NCBI GenBank assembly: GCA_029953675.1
Contig: JAMWBK010000011.1
Span: forward strand, 62,001 to 126,000
Source: Rhodosorus marinus CCMP1338
Taxonomy: Eukaryota > Plantae > Rhodophyta
DNA: 64,000 nucleotides
Reading direction: 5' to 3'
Part shown: one piece after another, positions 23,587-34,252 of the stretch
Position numbering within the stretch: the stretch's first letter is position 1
Layout: each line of letters opens with the position of its first letter
Made by a program: the position numbers and the translations under genes
Notes under the pieces: model-generated
Told to the model about the DNA's origin: nothing
The model's database searches: none
The model's input: the letters and a program-made list of their open reading frames with translations, nothing else

Positions 23587-25737
23587 TCAATTCGGTTCCA
23601 TAGGTTGAATTGATCCAGTGACGACCTTGCGTCCGTTCTTCTCTTGGGGAGGGTTTACCACGAACTCGTAGCTATGCGCGTACCCCTGCCCCAGCACGTT
23701 CGGGTAGGTTTTCGAACTTGCCAAGACTGAATGAATCCACTCCGTCGCGGTCACCGGTACGGTAACAGATACGTCCAGTTTTCTGTACATCCAGTACTCT
23801 ATAACAAACCGCACCACTGCCATGAACACGGCGACGACGGATATGGATAAAACCGTTATTAAACCGATAATGTACTCGTCCAATAGAACGGACACCGATC
23901 TCATCTCATATCCCATCACGACTCTAGTCTGGGACGAAACTTGAGTGGACAGCGCGAAGATGACATCTCTCATAGAGCGATGGGGTTTTCCGGAAAATAT
24001 TCGTCCCCGCGTGGAGGCACGAGATGAGAAGCGCGCGAGCTCTGGGTAGTTGTTCTTAAAGATCCTCTCCACGTTTCTGAGCGCAGCGTTGACCACTCCT
24101 GGGTCTCCTCCTTGCACCTCAACTCTCATGAAGGCCACTTCGCTCTCGAGCTTTATTTCGGTCAACCCCTCCTCTGCCTCTGGCGTGAACTTGTTTCCGT
24201 TGTAATGGAGTTTGCTGTTTCCGTACACGCAACTGAAACGTCCGTCACTCTGCTTAAAACACGCAATCTCAAATCGCAGGGCGACAAACAGAGCAGTCTG
24301 CTCCAATGGAATGCTTCGATCGATGTACCTCTTGTACCTCTCCAGCACCGTCCGACCACACCGGCTCTTCTGATCAACACCGACGACCATATTGACCATC
24401 TCGAACCCAAATTCCGCCCGCTCTTCCACCCCACTCACAATCCGGAAGGTCTCCATTGTCCGTTGCCTCTTCACCGATTTCATCGACGCTGTGAACCTGT
24501 TGCACGGAATCCCATCAAGTAAGACCTCCAGTGTAGGCCTGTAAGAACCTAACCCAGTCTCATCAAACGCCAAATACATGTAGTCATCCTCGTCTGTTGG
24601 GTTTGGCACGTCGTTGACTTCGACAGGGTTGATTTTGAACTTTCCGTCCGAAGACTCTCCTTTCTTCATTCTCGAGAGATCCACAACCTTCACGGTCTGC
24701 TGCTCGCCCGGTACGTAGTCCACCCTACTGTCCACCACAACCTCCGCATACCTGTGATTTTCCCTCAAGCTTCCAATCGCCTCCGGAGTGAGGGTTGAGA
24801 CTTGGGAAGCAAGCTGCCTGTCATCCTTGAAGCTGCTGAAAGATGCAAACTCAACGGTATGATCGAGATCCATGCCGATGTCAGTATCTCCAGATAAACC
24901 CCGGGGAACTCCATTTTCAAACCCGACTGGAGCCTTTCTAACTGTCCGTTGCGCCCTCATATCCAGTGTCACCTCCCGGAAGAAGAATTTTTGCAACAGG
25001 CACGTCTCGTCATTCAGCTGGAAGATCCCGTCGAAGTCCTCCGCGTTTTTCTCCTCCACGATTTTGCAATCCGGACGCTTCACTTCATGGTCGTATCTAT
25101 CAATACACACGTAATCCAAGGTCAAGCTTTCAATAAAGTCCAACGAGCTAACGCTCGGTGCATGGTAGAGTGATCGAGCGAAGCTCATGCCCTCACGCAG
25201 CTCCTCGAAAATGACCTTCTCCTCTTCATCTATTCTCAACCTACACTTGTCTATATGTCTTTCCTCCGAGATGCACCGGTTGAGCTTTTCAATGGAATCC
25301 ACTTGGCCCATGATGTTCACAATCTCCGCGTTGTCCGACAGGCCTACCATGTCATAAGGAATCGTCTCGTTCGTCGGATCGCTGACTGTTTCGTAGTCAA
25401 GTCCGTAGTCGATCAGGATGTGCAACAGGATCAGCGAGATCGTGAAAAGCAGCGAGATGACGGAGGCGCTCAGGTACAGTTGGAATCGGAACGCTTCACT
25501 CGGAGTTAATAGATCCTTCCTCTTCAGTCTGCGAAATTTTTTCAATCCGTTGGTTAGGTATGATAGAGAGCCGATGGTCTCAAAAGAGAACACTCTCAGA
25601 CCTTTCCGAATGTTTCTCCTCATATCCAGCTCTGTCAGAATCACCATCATCCTTATCCAGATCACTTGAAGCACCAACAGTAGAACGTCCGTCAGAATGT
25701 TTATTGTAGTCGGATCCACATCGATTACAAGCGCCAT
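23587..25737 (-). CDS. Unknown 3-TM, large-ectodomain membrane protein, paralogue 4 of 6
   Basis: Likely start MALVIDVDPTT at 25737 by alignment with the other paralogues. Motifs FSFETIGSLSY, LHILIDYGL, LREGMSFARSLY, KDDRQL, IAC..SCVYG, RGRIF, EYIIGL, VPVTATEWI. Confidence 0.9.
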   Translation of the reverse strand: MALVIDVDPTTINILTDVLLLVLQVIWIRMMVILTELDMRRNIRKGLRVFSFETIGSLSYLTNGLKKFRRLKRKDLLTPSEAFRFQLYLSASVISLLFTISLILLHILIDYGLDYETVSDPTNETIPYDMVGLSDNAEIVNIMGQVDSIEKLNRCISEERHIDKCRLRIDEEEKVIFEELREGMSFARSLYHAPSVSSLDFIESLTLDYVCIDRYDHEVKRPDCKIVEEKNAEDFDGIFQLNDETCLLQKFFFREVTLDMRAQRTVRKAPVGFENGVPRGLSGDTDIGMDLDHTVEFASFSSFKDDRQLASQVSTLTPEAIGSLRENHRYAEVVVDSRVDYVPGEQQTVKVVDLSRMKKGESSDGKFKINPVEVNDVPNPTDEDDYMYLAFDETGLGSYRPTLEVLLDGIPCNRFTASMKSVKRQRTMETFRIVSGVEERAEFGFEMVNMVVGVDQKSRCGRTVLERYKRYIDRSIPLEQTALFVALRFEIACFKQSDGRFSCVYGNSKLHYNGNKFTPEAEEGLTEIKLESEVAFMRVEVQGGDPGVVNAALRNVERIFKNNYPELARFSSRASTRGRIFSGKPHRSMRDVIFALSTQVSSQTRVVMGYEMRSVSVLLDEYIIGLITVLSISVVAVFMAVVRFVIEYWMYRKLDVSVTVPVTATEWIHSVLASSKTYPNVLGQGYAHSYEFVVNPPQEKNGRKVVTGSIQPMEPN

Positions 25738-26151
25738 GGTCCAAAGCAAGCCCTCCTTCTCTACCTCGAATAATATGAAAAAAATCAAACTGAAATTCCT
25801 TTCCAGCTATGTCTCAAGTGTCAACAAACATTGCCAACATAGATCTTGAACCGCCCTGCATTGTCCATCAGACTTTCAGAACCCACGGAACCAAGCCTGG
25901 ATACTCTACAAACAGCAAATAGGAAACAGAAACCTCCCCTCACCCCCACCTCACAACACATAAAACATTCCCGGACAAAACGTCTTTCAACCTACAAAAA
26001 GAACCCCTCCAAGACCACGTTCGAAAACCCAGCGCAATCGAGCAAACAGCACATCAAAACACAACAAACGAAAACGTCCATCCAGCCGAATAATAAAAAG
26101 AAAACACAGCAGGGAACCACAGGCCCCTCCTTCACCCCCACGCACACAAAA

Positions 26152-26325
26152 GTCCCCCGACGCCCAACCCAACTCTCCTCAACTTCAACAAATCACCAAC
26201 AAAGCCCCACCCCCCGACGCCCAACCCAACTCTGCTCAACTTCACACATCCCCAACTAAAGCCCTACCCCCCGAAAGCCCAACACAACTCTCCTCAACTC
26301 CAACAAAGCCCCCAACAAAGAATCT
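26152..26325. repeat. C/A-rich minisatellite, ~3 copies of ~58 bp
   Basis: cccccgacgcccaacccaactctSctcaacttc...aaagccc repeated, ~420-590 bp upstream of paralogue 4. Confidence 0.85.
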
Positions 26326-27829
26326 AGAACAGATCCAACTCTCGAATCCCACGGAGCCGCTCGCTCACTTTCGCGCTCCTCCAACGGGACGTCAGAAGAT
26401 TTGCGCACGAGTAGTGTACACAAAAAAATTTACCATTGCCTCACAAATATTGGAAAAACACATACACAGGAAGCGCCTCAAAATCAATAGCAAAAAAAAA
26501 CGGGTCAACAATTTTTATTTATTTTTTTAGCCCTTGCATTGGGGGTGTAATGTTTTGTCCGATAAACATAATCCTAGGGGTTTAGTACGTAGTTCTAGTA
26601 CGAGTACTATAGGCGTTTCGAGTGTGGCCCTTGAAAGCCGTGAAGAAAAGGTGTCAGATAGAATCCAAGCATGTTTGAAAACCTATATTGATGCAACTGC
26701 GTACGAATTTGTTCTGTTTAGTATATATTATTTGTCCATCGGCAGGTTATCGGCGTTTTATGGCGACAAGAATGTACAGGTTTGCTAATTTGTTTTGGTC
26801 TACTTTTCGCGGTTTCTATGGAATGGATGGTTTTTATATAAATTTAAGAAAACGGATGTTTCTTGGCATCAGGGTTGTGTCCCATCGGTATGTATGAAGA
26901 AAAATAAATACAGAGTCAAGATTAATGGAAAACAATCACAATTTCCCTGTATTTATTTTTGTAATCTGTATTTATTTGTATTTATTCTCAAAACCGTTCC
27001 TCACGATACTAAAAACGGCGAAAATTAATACCGATCACATTGTAAACTATGATCACTATGATCCACGCTCAGCCGGGAGTAAAAGTCCACTTTTCGCTTA
27101 GCAGCTCGATTCCGTTGCTGAATAGTAGATAGATTTATCTTCTGACCCTCGATTTCGCACAGAACAGAAGAAGTATTTGTTGGTGTGCAATCCTCGACTT
27201 GGTTTCAGTATTTAAGAAACTCGGTAGGGAAAACAAATAATTACCGCGATTCCAGCTCGTTTCCTCCGGTATTTTTTCTCAGGATAATCCCAGTGTATTG
27301 AAAATACTTGCAGGTATTCATTGCGCCGTCGGGTTTTTACTATAGATGCAGTTACGTTCAGACCTCTCGATCATGCACCCGATCCTATCTCAAAATTCGA
27401 AAGTTATGCTCGAACGGGCCTGGAGAGTACTGAGGTCAGCGATGACTCGCGAACGCCAGGGGACGTACCTTTTCGCCCTGATCTTCCCTCCTCGTCGTTT
27501 ACCTGTTTACGTTTCTGGCTGTGGCGGATGAGCGCTGCTTTGCCGTTGGAGGCACGCGATCTTCGCCGCGCACAGTCTTCTTTTCCCTCGGTTGTTTTTT
27601 GTTTCATTCCAGGATCAAACAAATTCATTCAGTAGCAGCATGACATGATGTACAATGTACTGCTAATAAAAATTTTGCACGATACCAAAATTTGTACTTC
27701 CCACCCAGAGCCTGAGTGGAGTTGCCCCCTAAAAGTGTTCCGTGCGCACATGGGGAGGCGAGATGAGAGCCGCGCTGAGCTCTGAGTATATATAAGGTGG
27801 CAATTGGGCACGCCTTATGGGATGTGGGA

Positions 27830-28068
27830 GTATAGGGAGTGCCCTATCCGCCCTATGAGTAACGCGGGGGGGGGGCCAGTTGCTGAGGCCCTATGATGCC
27901 CTATCGCCCCATTTCAAGGTGCTTCGTTGGGAACCTCATAAAGCGGCTGAGGGATTGTGATATAGATGGGATAGGGTTCGACTGCTGGATCGTTGGGGTA
28001 GATAGAACACTGCATAGGGTCGAGCATGGATGCTCACGCCCGGAACGACTACTGAGGAATTCCTCAGT
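27830..28068. repeat. GCCCTAT/ATAGGG motif cluster with short hairpins and an 18-bp perfect palindrome
   Basis: Four GCCCTAT, three ATAGGG, hairpin ataggg-agtg-ccctat, and actgaggaattcctcagt at 28051-28068. Confidence 0.65.
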
Positions 28069-29306
28069 CTGACGGTTTTCACTTCCTTGACGTCATGGCA
28101 AGTTCAAAGATTTCCCGAATCTCATCCGCTTGTCTTTCTTCCCCTCCACCCAAAGCTACATTGAATTATGCCAATTATAGTTCGCTGAGGCTAAGCGCTC
28201 ACTCTTCAGATGAGAGTCAAATACTGTGCCAAATCTTGGGGTATGAATAGGCTTGCTTTGACTGGGAGATGATGGAGCCAAGTAAATGGAAGTCGCGGAG
28301 AAAAGTGTTAGGATCTAGGCCGGAAGTGTCGCACTGGAGTGTTGCAAGGTATTAACCGGAGCAATTTTCTCAATGTGACTGCGTCTTTTGCTTTTTTTTG
28401 CGTTTTGCGCATGGAGGGATAGATATCATTATTGTCTGTGATCGGAGCGAAGTCAATAGTCCCTTGATCAATTACATACGCTCATCGCACTGGTACCAGT
28501 ACGGCTGATCGAGTACTGGACTGGATGTACAGAAAACTGGATGCCAACGCTGGTGTCGACAGATTGCGGACGAGAGTGCCTTTTCTTAGCTATACAATTG
28601 TACCACATCATGTTTTCCTCCATATGAGATGGACAATCGAGAATTCACAACAAACCTCCCGAATAAACCACTTCGATAATCAAACCGGAACAAAAGCCGA
28701 AACGCTCCGAGCAAACAATGCCGATGAATCCGCTGCGAGGTGGGTGATCAGGATCGACACGACGACACGTCACTGAGCACCCCTGGAGGTCAACTGTCGA
28801 ATTGCATCAACTGGTCTAGATGACTAGGATAACTGTCATGGTAGTCTCCACCAACTTCAGAGAAGAGCAACCCCTGACTGCACCAATCCAGCGCCCGGAT
28901 CCACCGTTGCCAAGAAAATTCCGCTACAGCGCTTTCGGAACGGGCTCTTGAAACATAAAACACTGCCCAAAAAAAAGTGATGGCTGACACTCGCGTTTTT
29001 CCTTGCAAGAACCTGCGCACTGGGGTGGCGGGTCACGATTCTTTCATGCCTCTATAGGCAACCACAGACGGAATTCTTTCCTTACACGCGTGAGGCGCCA
29101 GCGCTCTGCGCGAGGGGGTTTGGATCGGTTGTGATCAGTTGGTTGCGACCATCGGCTTTCGAGCTCGTATAAATCATTAATTTTGTTAATAAAAAGTCAA
29201 AGTTAGATCATCCCTAACTATATCCTGATACATATTTTGTCCCAGCGAACATGGGGAACACCAACAAGTCAACGTGGTCTAGGCTTGCGCATGGTGTCCG
29301 CTCAAG

Positions 29307-31484
29307 TTAATTCGGTTCCATCGGCTGAATTGATCCAGTAATGACTTTTCGTCCGTCCACCTCTCGGTGAGGGTTTACCACGAACTCGTAAGTATGTGCG
29401 TACCCCGACCCGAGGACTTTCGGGTAGTTTCTCGAGCTCGCCAAGACTGAGTGAATCCACTCTGTCGCGTTCACTGGTACCGTCACAGAAACGTTCTGCT
29501 TTCTGTACATCCAGTACTCGACAATGAACCGCACAAGTGCGATGAGCATAGCGACTACGACTATGGATAAGACCGTAATTAGACCGATGATGTACTCGTC
29601 CAAGAGTACCGACACAGACCTCGTCTCATATCCCATCACGACTCTGGTCTGCGACTTGACTTGAGTGGAGAGCGCAAAGATCAAGTCCCGCACAGAACGA
29701 TGTGGTCTTCCGGCAAATATTCGTCCTCGTGTGGATGCACGAGATGAGAAGCGTGCGAGCTCTGGGTAGTAGTTCTTGAAGATCCTCTCCACGTTTCTCA
29801 GAGCGGCGTTGACCACTCGTGGGTCCCCTCCTTGCACTTCAACTCTCATGAACGCCACTTCGCTCTTGACGTCTATGGATATCAAACCTTTCCGGGCCGG
29901 TGGCTTGAACTTGTTTATCCAATTCTTCCCGTTGAAATAGAGTTTGTTGCTTGCGTTGCTGTTTCCGTAAACGCAACTGAGACGTCCGTCTCTCTGTTTG
30001 AAGCACACAATCTCAAATTCTAGGGAAACAAACAGAGCGGTCTTCTCCGATATAATGGTTCGATTGGCGAAGCTCCGGTATCTCTTCAGCACCGCCTTGC
30101 CACACTTGCTCTCCTGATCAACTCCGACGATCATGTTGACCGTCTCAAACCCAAATTTTGCCCTCTGTTCCTCTCCATCCAGACTTCGGTATGTCTCAGT
30201 GCTCGTTTGCCTCTTCACCGACACCCACGACGCGCTGAACTGGTCGCACTTCTTCCCGTCAATCAGAACGTCCAATGTAAGATTGTAAGCATTTGACTCA
30301 GTTACATCAAACGGGGTCAAGTACATGTAGTCCGGCTGGTCTGCTGGACTAGGCACGTTATCTTCTCGGACAGATTTCACCCTAAACTTTATGTCTGCAA
30401 AGGTTCCTTGTCTAGTCCTCGACAAGTTCAGAACCCTTACTGTTTGCTTTTCTCTGGGTACGTACCGCACCCTACTGTTCACGTCCACCTCTGCATAGCT
30501 AGAGTCTTTACTCAGCTTTCCAATCTTTTCCGGAGCGAGGATTGAAACTTGAGAAGCAAGCTGTCTGTCATCCTTGAAGCTACTGAAAGATGCATACTCA
30601 ACGGGCCGATCGATGTCCGTCATAATCTCCGCACTCCCTAGCAAACCCTCAGGAAACCCATTTTCTAACCCGACCGGAGTCTTTCTAACGGTCCGTTGTG
30701 CCCTCATATCCAGCGTCAACTCCCGGATGAAGAATTTTTGCAACAGACAGGTCTCATTGTTCAGTTGGAAGATTCCGTCGAAGTCCGTCGCGTTTTTCTG
30801 CTCCACGATCTTGCAATCCGGACGCTTCACTTCATGGTTGTCTCTGTCAATACACTTATAATCCAACTTCACGTTTTCAACGATGTCCAACGAGCGAACG
30901 CTCGGCGCATGGTAGAGTGATCGAGCGAAGCTCATCCCCTCACGCAGCTCCTCGAAAATGATCTTCTCCTCTTCATCTATTCTCAACCTACATTTGTCAA
31001 TGTGTTTTTCCTCCGTGATGCACCGGCTGAGCTTTTCTACGGAATCCACTTGGCCCATACTGTTTACAATCTCCGAGTTGTCCGACAGGCCTACCATGTA
31101 ATAAGGAATCGTCTCGTTGGTTGGATCGACGACCGTGACATAGTCAAGTCCGTAATCTATCAGAATGTGCATCAGGACCAGCGATATCGTAAAAAGCAAG
31201 GAGACGATCGAGATTCCCAGGTATAACCGGAACTGGAACGCTTCATTCGGACTTAATATATTCTTCCTTTTCAGTCTCCGAGATTTTTTCCACCCGTGCG
31301 TTAGGTATGACAGAGAGCCCATCGTTTCAAACGAGAACACCCTCCGACCTTTCCGAATGTTCCTCTTCATATCCAGCTCTGTTAGAATCACCATCATCCT
31401 TATCCAGATCACTTGAAGCACCAACAGCAGAATATCCGTGAGGATGTTCACTGTGGTGGGATCCATATCGAGTCGAAACGCCAT
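29307..31484 (-). CDS. Unknown 3-TM, large-ectodomain membrane protein, paralogue 5 of 6
   Basis: Likely start MAFRLDMDPTT at 31484. Closest to paralogue 4, with long identical stretches such as LRIDEEEK.IFEELREGMSFARSLYHAPSV and ARFSSRASTRGRIF. Confidence 0.9.
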   Translation of the reverse strand: MAFRLDMDPTTVNILTDILLLVLQVIWIRMMVILTELDMKRNIRKGRRVFSFETMGSLSYLTHGWKKSRRLKRKNILSPNEAFQFRLYLGISIVSLLFTISLVLMHILIDYGLDYVTVVDPTNETIPYYMVGLSDNSEIVNSMGQVDSVEKLSRCITEEKHIDKCRLRIDEEEKIIFEELREGMSFARSLYHAPSVRSLDIVENVKLDYKCIDRDNHEVKRPDCKIVEQKNATDFDGIFQLNNETCLLQKFFIRELTLDMRAQRTVRKTPVGLENGFPEGLLGSAEIMTDIDRPVEYASFSSFKDDRQLASQVSILAPEKIGKLSKDSSYAEVDVNSRVRYVPREKQTVRVLNLSRTRQGTFADIKFRVKSVREDNVPSPADQPDYMYLTPFDVTESNAYNLTLDVLIDGKKCDQFSASWVSVKRQTSTETYRSLDGEEQRAKFGFETVNMIVGVDQESKCGKAVLKRYRSFANRTIISEKTALFVSLEFEIVCFKQRDGRLSCVYGNSNASNKLYFNGKNWINKFKPPARKGLISIDVKSEVAFMRVEVQGGDPRVVNAALRNVERIFKNYYPELARFSSRASTRGRIFAGRPHRSVRDLIFALSTQVKSQTRVVMGYETRSVSVLLDEYIIGLITVLSIVVVAMLIALVRFIVEYWMYRKQNVSVTVPVNATEWIHSVLASSRNYPKVLGSGYAHTYEFVVNPHREVDGRKVITGSIQPMEPN

Positions 31485-32543
31485 CGCACAACAACCCCGC
31501 TCCCCTCTTCCGCACAAAGCAAAGTCAAATAAGTAGTTTATCATTCACCTTGACCTGCAAACATAGACCTTGAACCGCTCTACATCATCTATCAGAATAA
31601 ATAGACTCCATATCCACCCCTGCTCACTCTATAAAGGGGCAAAAAAATAGAGCCAGCGAGCTCCTCTCATAGCGCACCAAATATTCCCAAACCAAACCGT
31701 CTATCCAGACAAACACCCAAGAAAACACAGCAACCCCCAATTCCCTCCCAATCAAGTCCAGAACGCAAACAAGAAGACAGATCACGCTCTCCAAAAGATC
31801 CCTTACGCAGAACGCTTCCCTTCCTCCACTAAACCAAGCCTTCAATCTACAGAGCCAAGCCCTCGCCGTTCACAAACTGGACTTTACTAGCAAACTAAGC
31901 CGCCAAACACCCCGTCCTCCTCAACCACCCCCCTCCCTAGCAAAGACTCCAGAACTAAAGGTAAATACTTACAACAAGGAGACACACACATACGTTCTTA
32001 CATACAAAATCTGTAGGGAAGCTACCCTTCCTCCTCCTCCTTCCCCAGACAGCAAGTCTACATCATCCCCATAAGAACTTTCTCCTCAAAGCCTACCTCA
32101 GCTCTCGTGAAATGAAAAAAATAGAACAGTTCTCTACATTTGAGTAAAAATACTCAAATTATGATCAGCTTTAGCCATAAAAATAAAAATAAAACCGAAT
32201 ATCAAAGTCCGCTTTCTACATCTGTAATCTTACATCATAATCTTGGTGAATTTCGCCAGAGAGCTTCAGCTGCCAACATCAACTTTTTTTCACCATTAAA
32301 CTGAATAGAACTTTAAATATCGAGCTCCTCACGGGTTGTGCATATTTTGTAGTTAAAAAAGAATTGTAGAGAAAACGGCTGCCGGAAAAAGTAACTTTCT
32401 GCTGGGATCTTCGTTTCAATTTATTTCAACAAATGATGAAATTGTAGCCTAAATTTATCCAGTTAAACGATATAATATATATAGCAATCATATGTCGCCA
32501 CGTGTCCAAGAAAGTGCAGAATTTGATTGTGTCTTTTTTAGTT

Positions 32544-32586
32544 TCACAACTGGCGCTAATCAAGTGTCACAACTGGCGCTAATCAA
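32544..32586. repeat. Short tandem duplication (23-bp period)
   Basis: tcacaactggcgctaatcaa-gtg-tcacaactggcgctaatcaa. Confidence 0.8.
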
Positions 32587-34252
32587 CCATTCAATCAAGT
32601 GAACGAATTTGTTTAATAGGTTAAGGTTGGCGGTTGTGTTGTGAGTCTTCGTGAATGGCGAGACAAAGTATCTGTGACCGAAGACATGGGAAGCCCATAG
32701 ATTACGTGGGAAGGTTTTGGGGGTGTATGAAGTGATGGAGAAGTGATCTGTCGTGTCAATCCGGATCCATGGGTGTCAATAGACCGGGTAAGGTATTGCG
32801 TGCAAATGAGTCTTCCGGCGGCTTTTTTTTGTTTTTTTTGGACCCGATGTGTGTTCAACCCCAGAAATTCCTGTTCCAGAAACAAGAAAGCGCTTCAGCT
32901 CTCCCGTCTGACCGCCCATACGGCCGTACATCATTTTCAAGGACAGAAGAGGAAGCGACTTTCTTTGCTTTCCCAATTGTTCCACATGATGGATTCTTCC
33001 GCATGAGATCGAGTGCTATTATTTATGAGAAGAACCTGTCGAATGCACCACTTCCCATAATCATCCTGGAACGAGAGCCGAAGCACTACGAACAAACTCT
33101 CCCAAGGAATCCCCTGCCTTTTCAAGAGATCACCGCAAGTACAGCGTCGTCTCATGCGAGGTGAAACAACCGAGAAGAATAGCTAAGATATCTTCCATGC
33201 TAGCCCTACAAGGATCCTACAACGGCAAGGAGATCCAGTACTTTCCAAGCACCAACCCCACCGTGGCGGCTATAGAAGACAGCTGAACCGCTTTCGAAAC
33301 ACCTCCCAAAAATATAAAAACAAAGTGAAATAAAAATATTGACTGACATTCCCTTTTTCTCAGGAAAACATATTTATACGCGTTTCATTCATAGGGGTAG
33401 GGGTAATTGTGAAGTTCATATTACTTTTTTTTAACCTCATAAATTAAACAGTAGCGAATTCGTTTCCGGGTGGAAAGGGTATTTCAAAACACAAGCTTTT
33501 TTATTGATTGATCTAGCGTTTTTTTTGCAAAACCGCGAAAACCGTTGCACGGTTTTTTAAACTATATTTCTAACGTTCTCCAGCATGAAAGATGTCGTGA
33601 ACCGCCAGCGATGAAGATATTCGCGATTCTTGGGCGGACAGCGTCTGCGGGATGAGGTTCCAACGATAAGCGGCTGATGTAGATCGAAGGATGTTCGAAA
33701 TGTGTAAAGGTGACATTTTCAGCTAACAGCTCTCCCATGCTTGTTGACCGCTTATGAGCGAGTGACTCTCTTGCGCAGTTTAGCGGCCTCCCTGGCAGGA
33801 TTGCCCTCGGACAAAGAGAAGGTACACGTCCTGCAAATCAGTTTGAAAATCGGACGGAAGCCGTGGTCTTCCGTTTCAGGTTGTGGAATAGGACGTGCCA
33901 AGCGAGGTCTCGTCGGCTGCGGTTAGGAGGTTAAGGCCGCTCGGTGGTTTCTCTTTTTTCCGATGCTCTGGTCTGAAGTGGCGGTGAAGAGTGGTCGGTG
34001 AAGGGAATTCCCGTACTCCTGAATACCGGCTTAACTTTATACGTACAAGCTCCGAAGATATGATGAGGAAACGAAAACGTCTTGGAAAGACTGTTGCCTC
34101 ACCCACAATGGTCAAGTCGACTCGCTTGCGTTGGATCCCAAGGATAATGTTTTCATAATTTAATAATAGCCCTCCTTCCCTCCCTCTCGCAGCATCACAA
34201 GCTCGCAAAGACATATCCAATCTATATACCATTGCTCACTGCTTCTTTCTTC

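Noticed and set aside
25738-31544. Longer N-termini given by the ORF track for paralogues 4 (25788) and 5 (31544)
   Set aside because: Alignment with the other four copies puts the start at 25737 and 31484; the extensions are not conserved.
32613-34232. Short ORFs in spacers and intergenic regions (also 17207-17988, 27321-29020, 37774-38199, 43357-44097, 59777-60158)
   Set aside because: No recognisable motifs, alternative starts and low-complexity or random composition; cannot be supported as genes.
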